A stretch of 63,461 bases of DNA, filler included, from Octopus bimaculoides (GCF_001194135.2; 7 parts of 7 records of this genome joined end to end with filler, not necessarily neighbours in it), one strand, 5' to 3'. Positions 25,459-38,410 are shown, counted from the whole stretch's first letter. Notes: generated by a model not told the origin, from the sequence alone. Made by a program: numbers and translations.

Positions 25459-25481
25459 GTCTGCGTGCGTGNNNNNNNNNN

Positions 25482-25530
<49 letters not shown>

Positions 25531-25669
25531 GTCTGCGTGCGTGAATGTGTGTGTATGCACATATGCAAACATCTCTATTTATGCAAATTATATATACATA
25601 TGCGTGTGTATGTGTACGTAAGTATCCAGAGTGTTGTTATTGTTACGGAGTCACAACACGCAGAGTGAA

Positions 25670-26141
25670 GCAGCTTAGCATAGATTGAACTGAGCCATAA
25701 CTAATCTGCACATCTGATAACTTACGGATGGTGACTCAACGATTTCCTCTCCCACCTGCATGCACATTTTCCATGTCTGCTCTCATGACTGCTGGTTGCG
25801 GGTTTCTCAGAACGTTCGTCAATATCGACATTTTTCGGCCATCTTGGAAACATCTGATCGACTCGTACATTTGTGTGCGACGCATACACTCCTCTCCATA
25901 CACTTTCTGCAATTTTGTGCAAGCCATGACAACTTTATCTGACATGGTCAATGTGACGGTCACACGCTGCACATGTTCCTTCCAAGCACTGATGTAAACA
26001 GCGGAAGGGAGCTACAACGTTAAACCATAGTGCGCATGCACAGCATTGTACAATGTCAATATGTGCCAAGTGGCTTCACTCAGCGTGCTTTACCTTCGTT
26101 ACTATGGCAACGGTCCTGATAATTATTATCCAGACATCGTA
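25670..26141 (-). mobile_element. Mariner transposon 5' fragment (TIR plus HTH region)
   Basis: TA-CGATGTCTGGATAATAATTATCAGGAC terminus; KLQKVYGEECMRRTQMYE...FQDGRK, NVDIDERS and ISYGSVQSML across frameshifts. Confidence 0.8.
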
Positions 26142-26179
<38 letters not shown>

Positions 26180-27179
26180 AACACATACACACTAACAGTT
26201 ACATGAACATAACTGACTCACCACCACCACACATACATATGTGCATACACATATATTCATTATCTATGAACTTTATCACAACGACCCTACCATGATTTCC
26301 ATCATGAACTCCATTATCGACATCAACCATATATTGTTTTGAACACGTTTATTCTCTTCATTTCACGATCGTAATTTTTGCTATCAAGATCACCATCTTC
26401 CTCCTCCTCCCCCTCCTCCCATCCCTCCACCNNNNNNNNNNNNNNNNNNNNNNNNNNNNNNNNNNNNNNNNNNNNTTAATTAATTAANNNNNNNNNNNNN
26501 NNNNNNNNNNNNNNNNNNNNNNNNNNNNNNNCCCACTTCAGTATTATTTTGTGGAGTAAACTCGTACCAGAAAACTCGAGTTGGGGATTGTTCTATCGTT
26601 ATTGCAATATGTTTTAGCAACACGTATCTTGCTCTAAACCCGACTACACATACTGGTAATTAATGCCATTTAGAAGGTTGCATCTTTTTGCCTCTGCAGA
26701 CACTGTTGTCTTATCATCTTTCGTATTCCTAGTCATAAAGAACCGGTTGTATGTTCATGTTGATTGTGATCTTAATGATGACGTTTCCTTGCTGTTTATG
26801 TACATCAGCAGCGATTAAGACTTGGTAATACCACCATTCATATTCTTTCAGAGATAACTGCATTCTTCTTAAAAATGTCTCCAATAATATTCACGTGCAT
26901 CTTCTAAAATGATGACAGCAGTGTTGCTCTGATCCCAAGTTTTAATAATCTTCGATGATGGAAGCACATCTGAGACAGATAATAACATGGCTGTCTTCTT
27001 TTTCCACATCTTTCGTCCCACAATTTCCTTCGCTCATCTGTCCCCTGATGCTCTTGGGCATTGGCATTCTAAACCCACTGCATGTTTCCTTAGCTCTTTC
27101 TTTTTAACCGGTTCAAATATTCCGGTCGTAATGTCAAGCGTTTTCGTTTATCATGGCATGATTTTGCTTTGTTATTAGA

Positions 27180-27445
27180 TTGGCAAAAGAGCAAGCCTTT
27201 CTATCTTCTGTTCGGTTTTGGTGTCTATCTTCACCTGTGGTCATGAGTGTTGGGTAATGCCCGAAAGAGTACGATCTCGAATACAAGCGGACAAAATGGG
27301 GATCATGTGAATAATCTCTCAAGTAACGTTATTCGATAGGGAGCGTAGATATGTGATTAGTGAGAAACTCCAGGTCGAGCCTCTATTCCTCCGTATTGAA
27401 TGGTTACAGCTTCGGTATTAGGAACATATGATTAGAATATTTCGT
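27180..27445 (+). mobile_element. RTE-clade LINE remnant
   Basis: KASLSIFCSVLVSIFTCGHECWVMPERVRSRIQA...LQVEPLFLRIEWLQLRY*EHMIR. Confidence 0.75.
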
Positions 27446-27640
27446 TTCTACCCATGTGTCGTGTAATAAGATCTAGACCGCAGTAAATGCATTTTTGATC
27501 ATGGAGTAAATTTATTCAAATATTAATTATAATAAAAGTGTAAAATCAGTGATAATTTCAACAGGTATTTTCACACTGATTTCCTGGTAAAATTATTTTT
27601 GATTAATATTTGAATATACATGCACACACGCTCGAGCGCG

Positions 27641-27715
<75 letters not shown>

Positions 27716-27718
27716 GCA

Positions 27719-28400
27719 GATGCATAATCAATATCGATTTGCGAAGACCTTACAAGTCTGTCTATATAGGATTATTTTGTCTGTATGTAAGTATGTATGT
27801 TTGCTATTCCTTACTATTGATTTAGTTTTTGATGTGCCTTTGGACGAAAAAAGATATATTTTAATGAATCTGTGTACAATTATTATTTCATATCTTCGGG
27901 GATAGACTTGGTGATGAGCTGGCATAATTGTTAGCGCACCGTGCAAAATGCTTAACGCCACCTCGTCCCCCTTTACTTCTGAGTTCAGATTCCGCCGAGG
28001 TCGATTCTGCCTTTCATGGCTGGATAAAAGAAAAACCAGTAGAACACTGGTGTTGATGCAATATCAATATCGATTTGCGAAGACCTTACAAGTCTGTCTA
28101 TATAGGATTGTTTTGTCTGTATGTAGGTATGTATGTTTGCTATTCCTTACTATTGATTTAGTTTCTGATGTGCCTTTAGACGAAAAAAGATATATTTTAA
28201 TGAATCTGTGTACATTTATATTACATATCTTCGGGGACAGACTTGGTACTGAGCTGGCATAATTGTAAGCGCACCGTGCAAAATGCTTAACGCCACCTCG
28301 TCTCCCTTTACTTCTGAGTTCAGATTCCGCTGAAGTCGAATCTGCCTTTCGTGGGTGGATAAAAGAAATACTAGTGGAACACTGGTGTTGATGCAATATC
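27719..28400 (+). repeat. Two-copy tandem duplication, unit about 335 bp, each with a family D SINE head
   Basis: gatgca..atcaatatcgatttgcgaagaccttacaagtc at 27719 and 28055; a third partial gatgcaatatc at 28390. Confidence 0.9.
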
Positions 28401-29655
28401 AGGCATTATGCCTATAGTAGAAAGGATATATTCGGAGACAGACACTGAAATGCGTGAAAACCCTTTTGCAGAGAAGATATTTTTTTCTTATAGACAATGT
28501 GTGAAAACACAATAAATCTATAAGGAGCACTTTTTTACAAACAGCATAATCATGGCTGGATTGCCTTTCATAATATGTATGCGAGATCACTTTAATAAAA
28601 AAGTATAAAATTATCCGTGAGAAATATTATTCATATAAAACAGAATAATTATAAATTGCTNNNNNNNNNNNNNNNNNNNNNNNNNNNNNNNNNNNNNNNN
28701 NNNNNNNNNNNNNNNNNNNNNNNNNNNNNNNNNNNNNNNNNNNNNNNNNNNNNNNNNNNNNNNNNNNNNNNNNNNNNNNNNNNNNNNNNNNNNNNNNNNN
28801 NNNNNNNNNNNNNNNNNNNNNNNNNNNNNNNNNNNNNNNNNNNNNNNNNNNNNNNNNNNNNNNNNNNNNNNNNNNNNNNNNNNNNNNNNNNNNNNNNNNN
28901 NNNNNNNNNNNNNNNNNNNNNNNNNNNNNNNNNNNNNNNNNNNNNNNNNNNNNNNNNNNNNNNNNNNNNNNNNNNNNNNNNNNNNNNNNNNNNNNNNNNN
29001 NNNNNNNNNNNNNNNNNNNNNNNNNNNNNNNNNNNNNNNNNNNNNNNNNNNNNNNNNNNNNNNNNNNNNNNNNNNNNNNNNNNNNNNNNNNNNNNNNNNN
29101 NNNNNNNNNNNNNNNNNNNNNNNNNNNNNNNNNNNNNNNNNNNNNNNNNNNNNNNNNNNNNNNNNNNNNNNNNNNNNNNNNNNNNNNNNNNNNNNNNNNN
29201 NNNNNNNNNNNNNNNNNNNNNNNNNNNNNNNNNNNNNNNNNNNNNNNNNNNNNNNNNNNNNNNNNNNNNNNNNNNNNNNNNNNNNNNNNNNNNNNNNNNN
29301 NNNNNNNNNNNNNNNNNNNNNNNNNNNNNNNNNNNNNNNNNNNNNNNNNNNNNNNNNNNNNNNNNNNNNNNNNNNNNNNNNNNNNNNNNNNNNNNNNNNN
29401 NNNNNNNNNNNNNNNNNNNNNNNNNNNNNNGATCGACATACAAAAACGTTTTTTTAGACGTAATTATGACTACAATACAGATAATTAACGAAATTAGATT
29501 AGGATAAAGAACAGAGAAAGAACATGAAGAATGTGATTATATAAATAAAATTCTCCTGCTTAATAACAACAATATAATCTGTTCATTCAGGTAGTGTTGT
29601 TCAATGAAAATATGTCAGAGCACTATTGAGCTATTCTGCTTTCTTCCTGTTTCAG

Positions 29656-29816
29656 CGATCACAAATGAATGTTTGGAATTCAGTAGAAATACAGACTGCC
29701 GTTTCTATGATTGTTTGCATGCAAGGTTTTCTTGTGGTCTAAAAGAGGTACCACAACATAGTTCGCGTGCTAAGTGTGAGGAAGGAAAAAGGGCAGTCAA
29801 CCGTTTGCATGATAGG
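29656..29816 (+). CDS. Stanniocalcin-like Cys-rich protein, exon A (alternative in-frame ATG at 29604)
   Basis: Acceptor TTCCTGTTTCAG (ends 29655) and donor AGG|GTAAGT (phase 0). It reads ITNECLEFSRNTDCRFYDCLHARFSCGLKEVPQHSSRAKCEEGKRAVNRLHDR; the C.FY.CL..R..CG pattern resembles invertebrate and fungal stanniocalcin-like proteins. Confidence 0.75.
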
Positions 29817-30751
29817 GTAAGTGGATAGTGCAACTTCTGATCGCAATTGCGCTTAAGAAATAAGAAAAAACAGTAGACACAATATCTTAACTATGGTCTG
29901 TCCATAGCACTTACTCAGCATTACCTGACTCATTTGAGCCTTAATGACACCATTACGACTCATTATCTACATCTTTCGTCTAATTTCCACATGCACACTT
30001 ACAAAATAGACTGCCACATCATTGAAACACACTCACACACACACACACAGAAACACAGACACGCATAGGTAAACATATAGGCTAACAAACAAAAATTATA
30101 TTATATACGCAAATATACATATATTCGTACTCACATATACTACATAATATACCAAGCACACGCAAACACGTACTAGCACGTACGTACACAGCATACATAT
30201 GGCCATGCACTCACATCCATCCGGTAACACACAAAACTACTAATCTACACATTTCATACACATAGTCATGCCTAACAAATACACCAGAAAACGTGCGCTC
30301 ATGCAAATAATAACACGTGCACAGACGTACTTTTCATCTTGTATTTGCTTTTCTATGTCAGAAAACCATATCCAACCACAACCTTTCATCCTTTATTTTC
30401 ATAGCAGTGAATGGTCAGTTTAAAAAGTAGCACCATAGGTGCCTCTTCGCCTTGATTAAACGTTTTATTATATTTTAGCTGTTTTTCAAGTCTTTCCGCC
30501 TCGCTTTGAAATCTGCACGATATTCTAAAGAGGGTCGTCCAGGAAACGCTTTAGTTAACTCTTTACAGTTTAGAAATATTCACAATAAACTATTCTGTAA
30601 ATATAGGCGCCTAAAACATGTTGCGAAAGTTTGAAACCCTCTGCCAAATCATACGAATTCTGAATGGCAGCTAAGCAGTATTTTTCATAAATTATTCAAA
30701 ATTTATTGTTTTTGTTTTTCTTTTTCACTAACAACTATCTAATTTTTACAG

Positions 30752-30978
30752 GATAAGAAATGGATGCAGGATATAATGAAATGCGTCATGGATAAGATGA
30801 CAAAAACCTACAAGGGTTCAGAGTTCAACTGCTATATGACTGTTGAAGTTGTACTCAATAGACAAGCAGATTGTTATGTGGAAAATGATTTTTGCAAGGT
30901 CGGCTGGTCTCGCCGCGATGCTCTAAAGAGTGTATTCGAGGAACACATGAAGAAACCAGGCAAATATTTATTTCCGTT
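30752..30978 (+). CDS. Stanniocalcin-like Cys-rich protein, exon B
   Basis: Acceptor TTTTTACAG (ends 30751), phase 0 in, donor TT|GTAAGT phase 2. It reads DKKWMQDIMKCVMDKMTKTYKGSEFNCYMTVEVVLNRQADCYVENDFCKVGWSRRDALKSVFEEHMKKPGKYLFP, with a KW...C...C...CYV.N.FC pattern. Confidence 0.8.
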
Positions 30979-31514
30979 GTAAGTATTCATTGTTGTGTTT
31001 GATGTTGGCAATAGTGATAGTCAGGGAAAAACATACATGGCGGGGTTACTGGGTTGCCTCAAAGAAATATACATGTGCAAACAAGTGGACAACGTTGTTC
31101 AGACGAGCAAAATATACAATGTCTCTGTCCAGCTGAACAGTATACAGTACTGCACCTCTCTTTGTGTAATGAAGAATTTGGCTGCTATTTCCATCAGAGA
31201 CTAGTGATCATACAAAGGCTTCCTCGTTATTTTGTTCGTTTGACTGGACGTTGTTGTTGCTGTAGTTTCAGCATTCAAACAGGACATAATCACCAGCATC
31301 GGTTGTCAAGCGATGGTGTGAGAACAAGCATAGACACACAAACATACATACATACATACATACTAATATAATTGACCTCTGGTCATGGTTAGAATGTCAT
31401 TTATATGATTGGCCTGCTTGGTCAGAAATGAGGTGAGACTAAACAGTAACGATAAAGTCTGTGATGTGTGTGCGTGGTTGAGTATGAAACCAACATTCTT
31501 TCTTTCTGTTGCAG

Positions 31515-31611
31515 ATTATGGAAAAATCTTCAACGCGCTGCTGCAAAATGTCTAACGAAAGACTCTGAAAAGTTAGTAACATGGATGAAAAAGCAGTTTC
31601 CTACTTTGTAA
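31515..31611 (+). CDS. Stanniocalcin-like Cys-rich protein, terminal exon
   Basis: Acceptor TCTTTCTGTTGCAG (ends 31514). Phase 2 completes Leu, then LWKNLQRAAAKCLTKDSEKLVTWMKKQFPTL*. AATAAA follows 8 nt after the stop. Confidence 0.75.
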
Positions 31612-31618
31612 TAAGTGA

Positions 31619-31624
31619 AATAAA
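31619..31624 (+). terminator. Candidate polyadenylation signal of the stanniocalcin-like gene
   Basis: AATAAA just downstream of the stop codon at 31609-31611. Confidence 0.35.
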
Positions 31625-31660
31625 TTGTAAAGTATACAGTCTCTACTTTCTGTTTGTCTA

Positions 31661-31709
<49 letters not shown>

Positions 31710-31712
31710 ATG

Positions 31713-31768
<56 letters not shown>

Positions 31769-31899
31769 CCTATCTATCTATCTATCAATCTTTGTATGCA
31801 CCTTCTGTCTGTCCGTTTTACTATGGATTTATATTGTAGAAGTAGTGGTGGTTGTGGTTGTGCTGGTGGTAGTAGTAGTCGTGGCATCAGTATAAGTAA

Positions 31900-32065
<166 letters not shown>

Positions 32066-32084
32066 AGCATCAGCAGCAGTGCTA

Positions 32085-32700
32085 TATCCTCTGAGCATCA
32101 GGGTACCATCTGAAATCCAATCTGGGATAACGTACTCATAGTCAATAACATTATTCCAGCATTTGCTGACAAATGCTAGAACGCAACCAGAGATTTGGAC
32201 TTATACAAAGTACATCTAAGACCCGTAGTTGCTCGGAGGTTCTCTGCTAATTACAGGTATGGTTTTCATTTAAGTGATGTGACCATAAATGTTCTTGGAA
32301 GGATTCTTGTTGAGGGAGACGGTGTGTGTTAGCAGAAATGTTTCACTGATTGGTCACATACCCTCAGCAGCAGGATTCCCACTGAAATCCAGTCTGCCAG
32401 AAACTACCTAACAGTCAACCAAATTATCTTTCATATTACTCTTAGTGGATTCCTCATTATTTTGTCGTCTTAAATCATTCCTACAGCAGCTGGTCAGTAT
32501 TTGCTGACTAGTACCAGGACCCTGTACACAGTACATGTAGGGCCTCCAGTTGCTAGAAGGTGCCCTGCTAATTACAAGCATGGCTTTCATTTACAGTGTG
32601 TGACCATAAGGATTCTTGGAAGGATTGTTGTGGAGGGAGATACTGTGAGTAAGCAGAAGTTTTTGACTCGTTGGCCACATAACTGCAGCAGCTGTGAGCA
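32085..32700. repeat. Old two-copy tandem repeat, unit about 290-330 bp
   Basis: Shared blocks ctgaaatcca.tctg, gcatttgctgac/gtatttgctgac, ctgctaattaca, gtgaccataa...ttcttggaaggatt and ttgg.cacata. Confidence 0.7.
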
Positions 32701-34716
32701 AGAAAGTTGCAGCAGGTGGAAATCAGCAAGGACAGTAACATCACCAAATGTGCATTGTTGTATTAGGCTCATAATATGATATAAGAGATACACGTATGTT
32801 TGACCCGCATACAACACAGAAACACAGCATGCAAAACGTACATGTATACACTTACATGCATTCACACATAAACGCCGGCACACACTCACACACACATGGC
32901 TAGATGCAGAGATATATATTTGTCTGTGTACGTATATATATATGTCGNNNNNNNNNNNNNNNNNNNNNNNNNNNNNNNNNNNNNNNNNNNNNNNNNNNNN
33001 NNNNNNNNNNNNNNNNNNNNNNNNNNNNNNNNNNNNNNNNNNNNNNNNNNNNNNNNNNNNNNNNNNNNNNNNNNNNNNNNNNNNNNNNNNNNNNNNNNNN
33101 NNNNNNNNNNNNNNNNNNNNNNNNNNNNNNNNNNNNNNNNNNNNNNNNNNNNNNNNNNNNNNNNNNNNNNNNNNNNNNNNNNNNNNNNNNNNNNNNNNNN
33201 NNNNNNNNNNNNNNNNNNNNNNNNNNNNNNNNNNNNNNNNNNNNNNNNNNNNNNNNNNNNNNNNNNNNNNNNNNNNNNNNNNNNNNNNNNNNNNNNNNNN
33301 NNNNNNNNNNNNNNNNNNNNNNNNNNNNNNNNNNNNNNNNNNNNNNNNNNNNNNNNNNNNNNNNNNNNNNNNNNNNNNNNNNNNNNNNNNNNNNNNNNNN
33401 NNNNNNNNNNNNNNNNNNNNNNNNNNNNNNNNNNNNNNNNNNNNNNNNNNNNNNNNNNNNNNNNNNNNNNNNNNNNNNNNNNNNNNNNNNNNNNNNNNNN
33501 NNNNNNNNNNNNNNNNNNNNNNNNNNNNNNNNNNNNNNNNNNNNNNNNNNNNNNNNNNNNNNNNNNNNNNNNNNNNNNNNNNNNNNNNNNNNNNNNNNNN
33601 NNNNNNNNNNNNNNNNNNNNNNNNNNNNNNNNNNNNNNNNNNNNNNNNNNNNNNNNNNNNNNNNNNNNNNNNNNNNNNNNNNNNNNNNNNNNNNNNNNNN
33701 NNNNNNNNNNNNNNNNNNNNNNNNNNNNNNNNNNNNNNNNNNNNNNNNNTATATATATATATATATATTCTCTCTTCCTTTTTTCTCGTCCCTCCCTAAT
33801 TCTCCTGTCCCTCTGCCTCTACCTCTCTTCTCTCTCCCCACGTGACCGTTGTTCGGCCAAGCTTAACCTTTCTTTCTTGGTTCGACTGCTATCCGTGCAA
33901 CATCTATATTCATCCCCATGCCTGTCATGTCTTATATCCATGCCGTAAGGCTTCACTTTCACACACGCCAGCTTAATTTACTCCGTCATTAGTCGGAAGA
34001 CACCACTTGTTATGTCCTGTTATTTGCCTTTATTTTTGTGTACCATTTTTTCGTTTTTTTCCCCGTCCTTGTTTACGTATACATTCGTTGCTCTTTTCCA
34101 AAAATCTAATGCTCTTAGCTGAGTTTCTCCTTGGGGCTGGCCAGATTGGAGCAGTCTAGAGTATTACCAGCCGAAATTGCAAAGAAAATCTGGAGCTCGA
34201 CTAAGGAAAGAAAACTTAGAATGACCCGTCCGTGTTTTTTCCTGTCCCTCTTTTGTGTATCATTTATTTGTCTGGATGTTTTGTTATCCCTTTTTTTGTA
34301 ACATCTCGGTGTCTGAATGTTTTGCGTTCTTGTCCCATTTTTGTATTACTTTATATANNNNNNNNNNNNNNNNNNNNNNNNNNNNNNNNNNNNNNNNNNN
34401 NNNNNNNNNNNNNNNNNNNNNNNNNNNNNNNNNNNNNNNNNNNNNNNNNNNNNNNNNNNNNNNNNNNNNNNNNNNNNNNNNNNNNNNNNNNNNNNNNNNN
34501 NNNNNNNNNNNNNNNNNNNNNNNNNNNNNNNNNNNNNNNNNNNNNNNNNNNNNNNNNTATATGTATGTATATGTATGTATATGTATGTGTGTGCGTGTGC
34601 GTGTGCGTGTGTGTGTGTGTGTCTGTGTGTATAACTACATTCGTAAGACTAGATAGTTTTGTAAATGAGTAGGCAGAAATATATTCCAAATTGATACGTA
34701 AATAGATACATAAAGA

Positions 34717-34758
<42 letters not shown>

Positions 34759-35039
34759 CTGAAACTCTGTGATTGCTTGCTTTTGTCATTTAATACAACC
34801 AAACCGGCGAATAATGGGAAAATACTCTGAAAGTGATGCATCCCTGAAATGTGAATAAAATTGAATAAAACAAGTGTAAATCGCACTACGAGTTTCCGAA
34901 ATACACGTTAATTTTTGGGGTTTCTTTCCACAAATTTAAGCAGTAAAACCTGCAGTTATTGCTTTTAGTGCGAAGACCAAATAGATTTTTGTTGGCCTAG
35001 CTACAGACGTGTATTCCACCGATTTTGTCGCCTCGTATC

Positions 35040-35520
35040 TTCCAGAAAAATGGATACTGTTTAACAAGCTTTTCAACTAATACAGCTTATATGATGTGGA
35101 TTTTAAATATTTAGAGATTTGGAGGAAAAAAATTGTCTGAGGGAGTGGGGAGAGGAGCTTCTTCGGAAAATTCACACGATCCGACTTTTTTCCTTCATTA
35201 CTTTCAGGAAAATGGGTTTCTTTTAATGAAATTTTATAAAAATACCTTTCAAACGGCATAGATTAAGATTATAAAGAAATTTGTGGGGAAAATGTTTTCT
35301 GAGGTTGTGAGGAGAGGAGTTTCGAAAAAAAATGGAGTTTTGAATCAAGAAGACCAAATGAGTTGGAACTACTCTGTTTTCACGAGGTGGAGCGCGTGGG
35401 GGCATCTTTTTTTTGAAAAAAGTTTTGAAAAGTTTCGAAATTCTTCACCATCACACCTCAGGACGATTTTGTCCGCTTATAGCCTTCTGCAGTTTCTTGA
35501 CGGATGAATAAATAGCTAAA
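35040..35520. repeat. Unclassified dispersed repeat; inverted relative at about 55400-55965
   Basis: 35040-35260 aligns with the reverse complement of 55730-55965 (for example ggaaaattcacacgatccgactttttt vs aaaaaagtcagatcatgtgaattttcc). Confidence 0.65.
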
Positions 35521-35769
35521 TACAGTGAAACAAAATGCTATAACTTTTTACAGTTAAGGGGAGACAACGAGTACAGATAATACGTAAGATTATAAAAGAA
35601 AAAAACAAAATAAAATAACACTTGATTTGCTTCCTAGATAGCAAATAAAATTCTAGTGGTAGTAATAATGGACAAACAAGTAAATGTATACACGTACCTA
35701 AGAAAATTCCACATTATAGGTACCCGAAATGGTAAATCACAAAACCACTAATATTTAAGCGATTAAGGT

Positions 35770-36715
35770 CTACAGGTATGGCTCGAGAAACACAGGGCCG
35801 ACCTGCTCGAGACGCGGCTAGAGCGACGAAACCGTTCTGCGCGCACTCGTTCAGTGTCCAACCATTTCCGACCTGTGGGCCAATGTCGAACGACTGCTGT
35901 CACGTATGGGACGAGTCAGTTTATCAGCCGAGTCTATCGTGAATACTGTCGCGCCTCCTTCCTTCAAACAAGAAGGAAGAGCCATTTTTATCGTACTTGT
36001 GGCTATGGTGAAAGAATGTGTATGATGGACGCGTTTGAAAGGCGTACTAGCACGTACGTACACAGCATACATATGGCCATGCACTCACATCCATCCGCTA
36101 ACACACAAAACTACTAATCTACACATTTCATACACATAGTCATGCCTAACAAATACACCAGAAAACGTGCGCTCATGCATNNNNNNNNNNNNNNNNNNNN
36201 NNNNNNNNNNNNNNNNNNNNNNNNNNNNNNNNNNNNNNNNNNNNNNNNNNNNNNNNNNNNNNNNNNNNNNNNNNNNNNNNNNNNNNNNNNNNNNNNNNNN
36301 NNNNNNNNNNNNNNNNNNNNNNNNNNNNNNNNNNNNNNNNNNNNNNNNNNNNNNNNNNNNNNNNNNNNNNNNNNNNNNNNNNNNNNNNNNNNNNNNNNNN
36401 NNNNNNNNNNNNNNNNNNNNNNNNNNNNNNNNNNNNNNNNNNNNNNNNNNNNNNNNNNNNNNNNNNNNNNNNNNNNNNNNNNNNNNTGTCGCGCCTCCTT
36501 CCTTCAAACAAGAAGGAAGAGCCATTTTTATCGTACTTGTGGCTATGGTGAAAGAATGTGTATGATGGACGCGTTTGAAAGGCCTAGAGACAAACACTTT
36601 CCTCTCTGGTCAACATCTCATCAATTTCTTCAAGTATCATTTGAAAAGGAACGTGAGAGTAGAGAGGGAAGTTTTGTCTAGCAAATGTTTCAATAAAAGA
36701 TGGCTGAATGTAGCA
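35770..36715 (+). mobile_element. Tx1-clade LINE ORF2 C-terminus (zinc-knuckle region), interrupted at 36043
   Basis: DETVLRALVQCPTISDLWANVERLLSRMGRVSLSAESIV...KECV*WTRLKGLETNTFLSGQHLINFFKYHLKRNVRVEREVLS..F.KRWLNVAR; 35947-36043 is repeated at 36487-36583. Confidence 0.7.
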
Positions 36716-37074
36716 AGGAAATTTTACATACACACAAAATCATTAAAAGCCACAAACAACCAAAATCACTGAAAAAGATCCTCACAAAGGCAAAATTATT
36801 TTCCAAAATAACAGATGCGAAAGTAAAAAAATGTGGTCGACCAAATTGTGCAACATGCCCAAACATTCTAGAAGGTTCAGAATTCCTCTTCAAAGAGAGA
36901 CACAAATTCAAAGTTAAATCTAACTTTACTTGTGCCTCAGAAAACCTTATTTATGTAATAAGATGCTCGGGCTGCCGCGAGAACTACATAGGGTCCACAG
37001 GATTATCGCTCAGACGCAAATGCACTCTGCATCGACAGCAGATTGCATGCCCAGAATACCGAATGATACCTTTT
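36712..37074 (+). mobile_element. Penelope-like element 2, GIY-YIG endonuclease region
   Basis: CGRPNCATC...NFTCASENLIYVIRCSGCRENYIGSTG...R...HRQQI; homologous to 2992-3236. Confidence 0.88.
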
Positions 37075-37424
37075 NNNNNNNNNNNNNNNNNNNNNNNNNN
37101 NNNNNNNNNNNNNNNNNNTTAATTAATTAANNNNNNNNNNNNNNNNNNNNNNNNNNNNNNNNNNNNNNNNNNNNTGTGTGTGTGTATAAATGATATCGAA
37201 CAGAAAGTTTTAAATAATTTTAAAAATGTAACAATATTTTTTCTTCTCATAACATTTTGATCATAAAAAAACATCTCGATCTGTTTATGAATGAAATGTT
37301 GTACAAAAATTATTGAACTGTTTTATTTTGAAAACTATATTGTTCACAGTGGTAAACTACAGTTCGATTACATATTTGCTTATGTTTAGAGCCTGATTTC
37401 ATTCATGCATAAACACATACAAAC

Positions 37425-37493
<69 letters not shown>

Positions 37494-38368
37494 CGTATGT
37501 ATGTATGCATGTATGTATGTACCATTCAACTTACGGTGGTAGTTGAATAATATTCTTAAGGCCGCAATTTACTCACACGCATACCTTCCAGAACTTGTTA
37601 CTAATTCAGTTCTTAACCAAACTGAAACCTATTAACATTTTTGAAGATGTCTGGTCCCTAGCTATATTTTGGCATGAAAAATTGAGATTTGGTCTTGTAG
37701 AAAAAAGTTTAGATCAAAATTTGTAGCAACGTTATAGGAGAGTAAGTAACGCCACCAATTAAGTTTAGATCTAAATAACTTTTTTTATTATTTTAAAAGC
37801 AAAATATATTTATCTTAGTTTCAATGATAGAAGAAAGTATGAAGAATTTCATAGCTTTGTTCCCATGCAACAAAAATTTGTATCAAAAGCGTTGTGAGGT
37901 AAAATATTAAAAAAAATATAAGTAAGGCAAAAAATTGGATTTAAGTATAATTAACTGTTTTTTTTTATTTATTTTAAAAACATACAATATTTTAATTAAA
38001 GTTAAATGATAGAGCTCAATTCGAGGAATTTCATGGTATCAATCTCATGCAATGAAGTTTTAAAAGAAAAAAAATTATGACTGTTTCTCAAATTTGAGGG
38101 TGATAATGTAGTTCTATACTTTTTATGAATATAGTTCTATAAGGGACTTTTAATATATGTCACCGGCATCATTGAGATAAGGAAAAAAATTATCAGCAAC
38201 TACAATGCTAATTGACACATTTGACACATTATTAATTAGCATAATAGCATATCCTGGAAAAAACATGAATTACATGGGAAAATGTGAGCAAGAGAAATAA
38301 TATCCTTAAGATTGTAAACCTGATAAATTACAGGACAAGTTATTACACTTGGCAAAGTCCAAATAGAT

Positions 38369-38410
<42 letters not shown>

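Noticed and set aside
27719-28400. CRISPR-like or regularly spaced repeat array
   Set aside because: The context is eukaryotic, and the repeats here and elsewhere are plain tandem duplications without unique spacers.
21542-29656. Head-to-head cholinesterase and stanniocalcin-like genes sharing a bidirectional promoter
   Set aside because: Two artificial scaffold joins lie between them and neither first exon is established.
35788-35835. Hammerhead-like CTGCTCGA...GAAACCGTTC
   Set aside because: There is no stem I, and the sequence is explained as Tx1 ORF2 coding sequence (DETVLRALVQCP).
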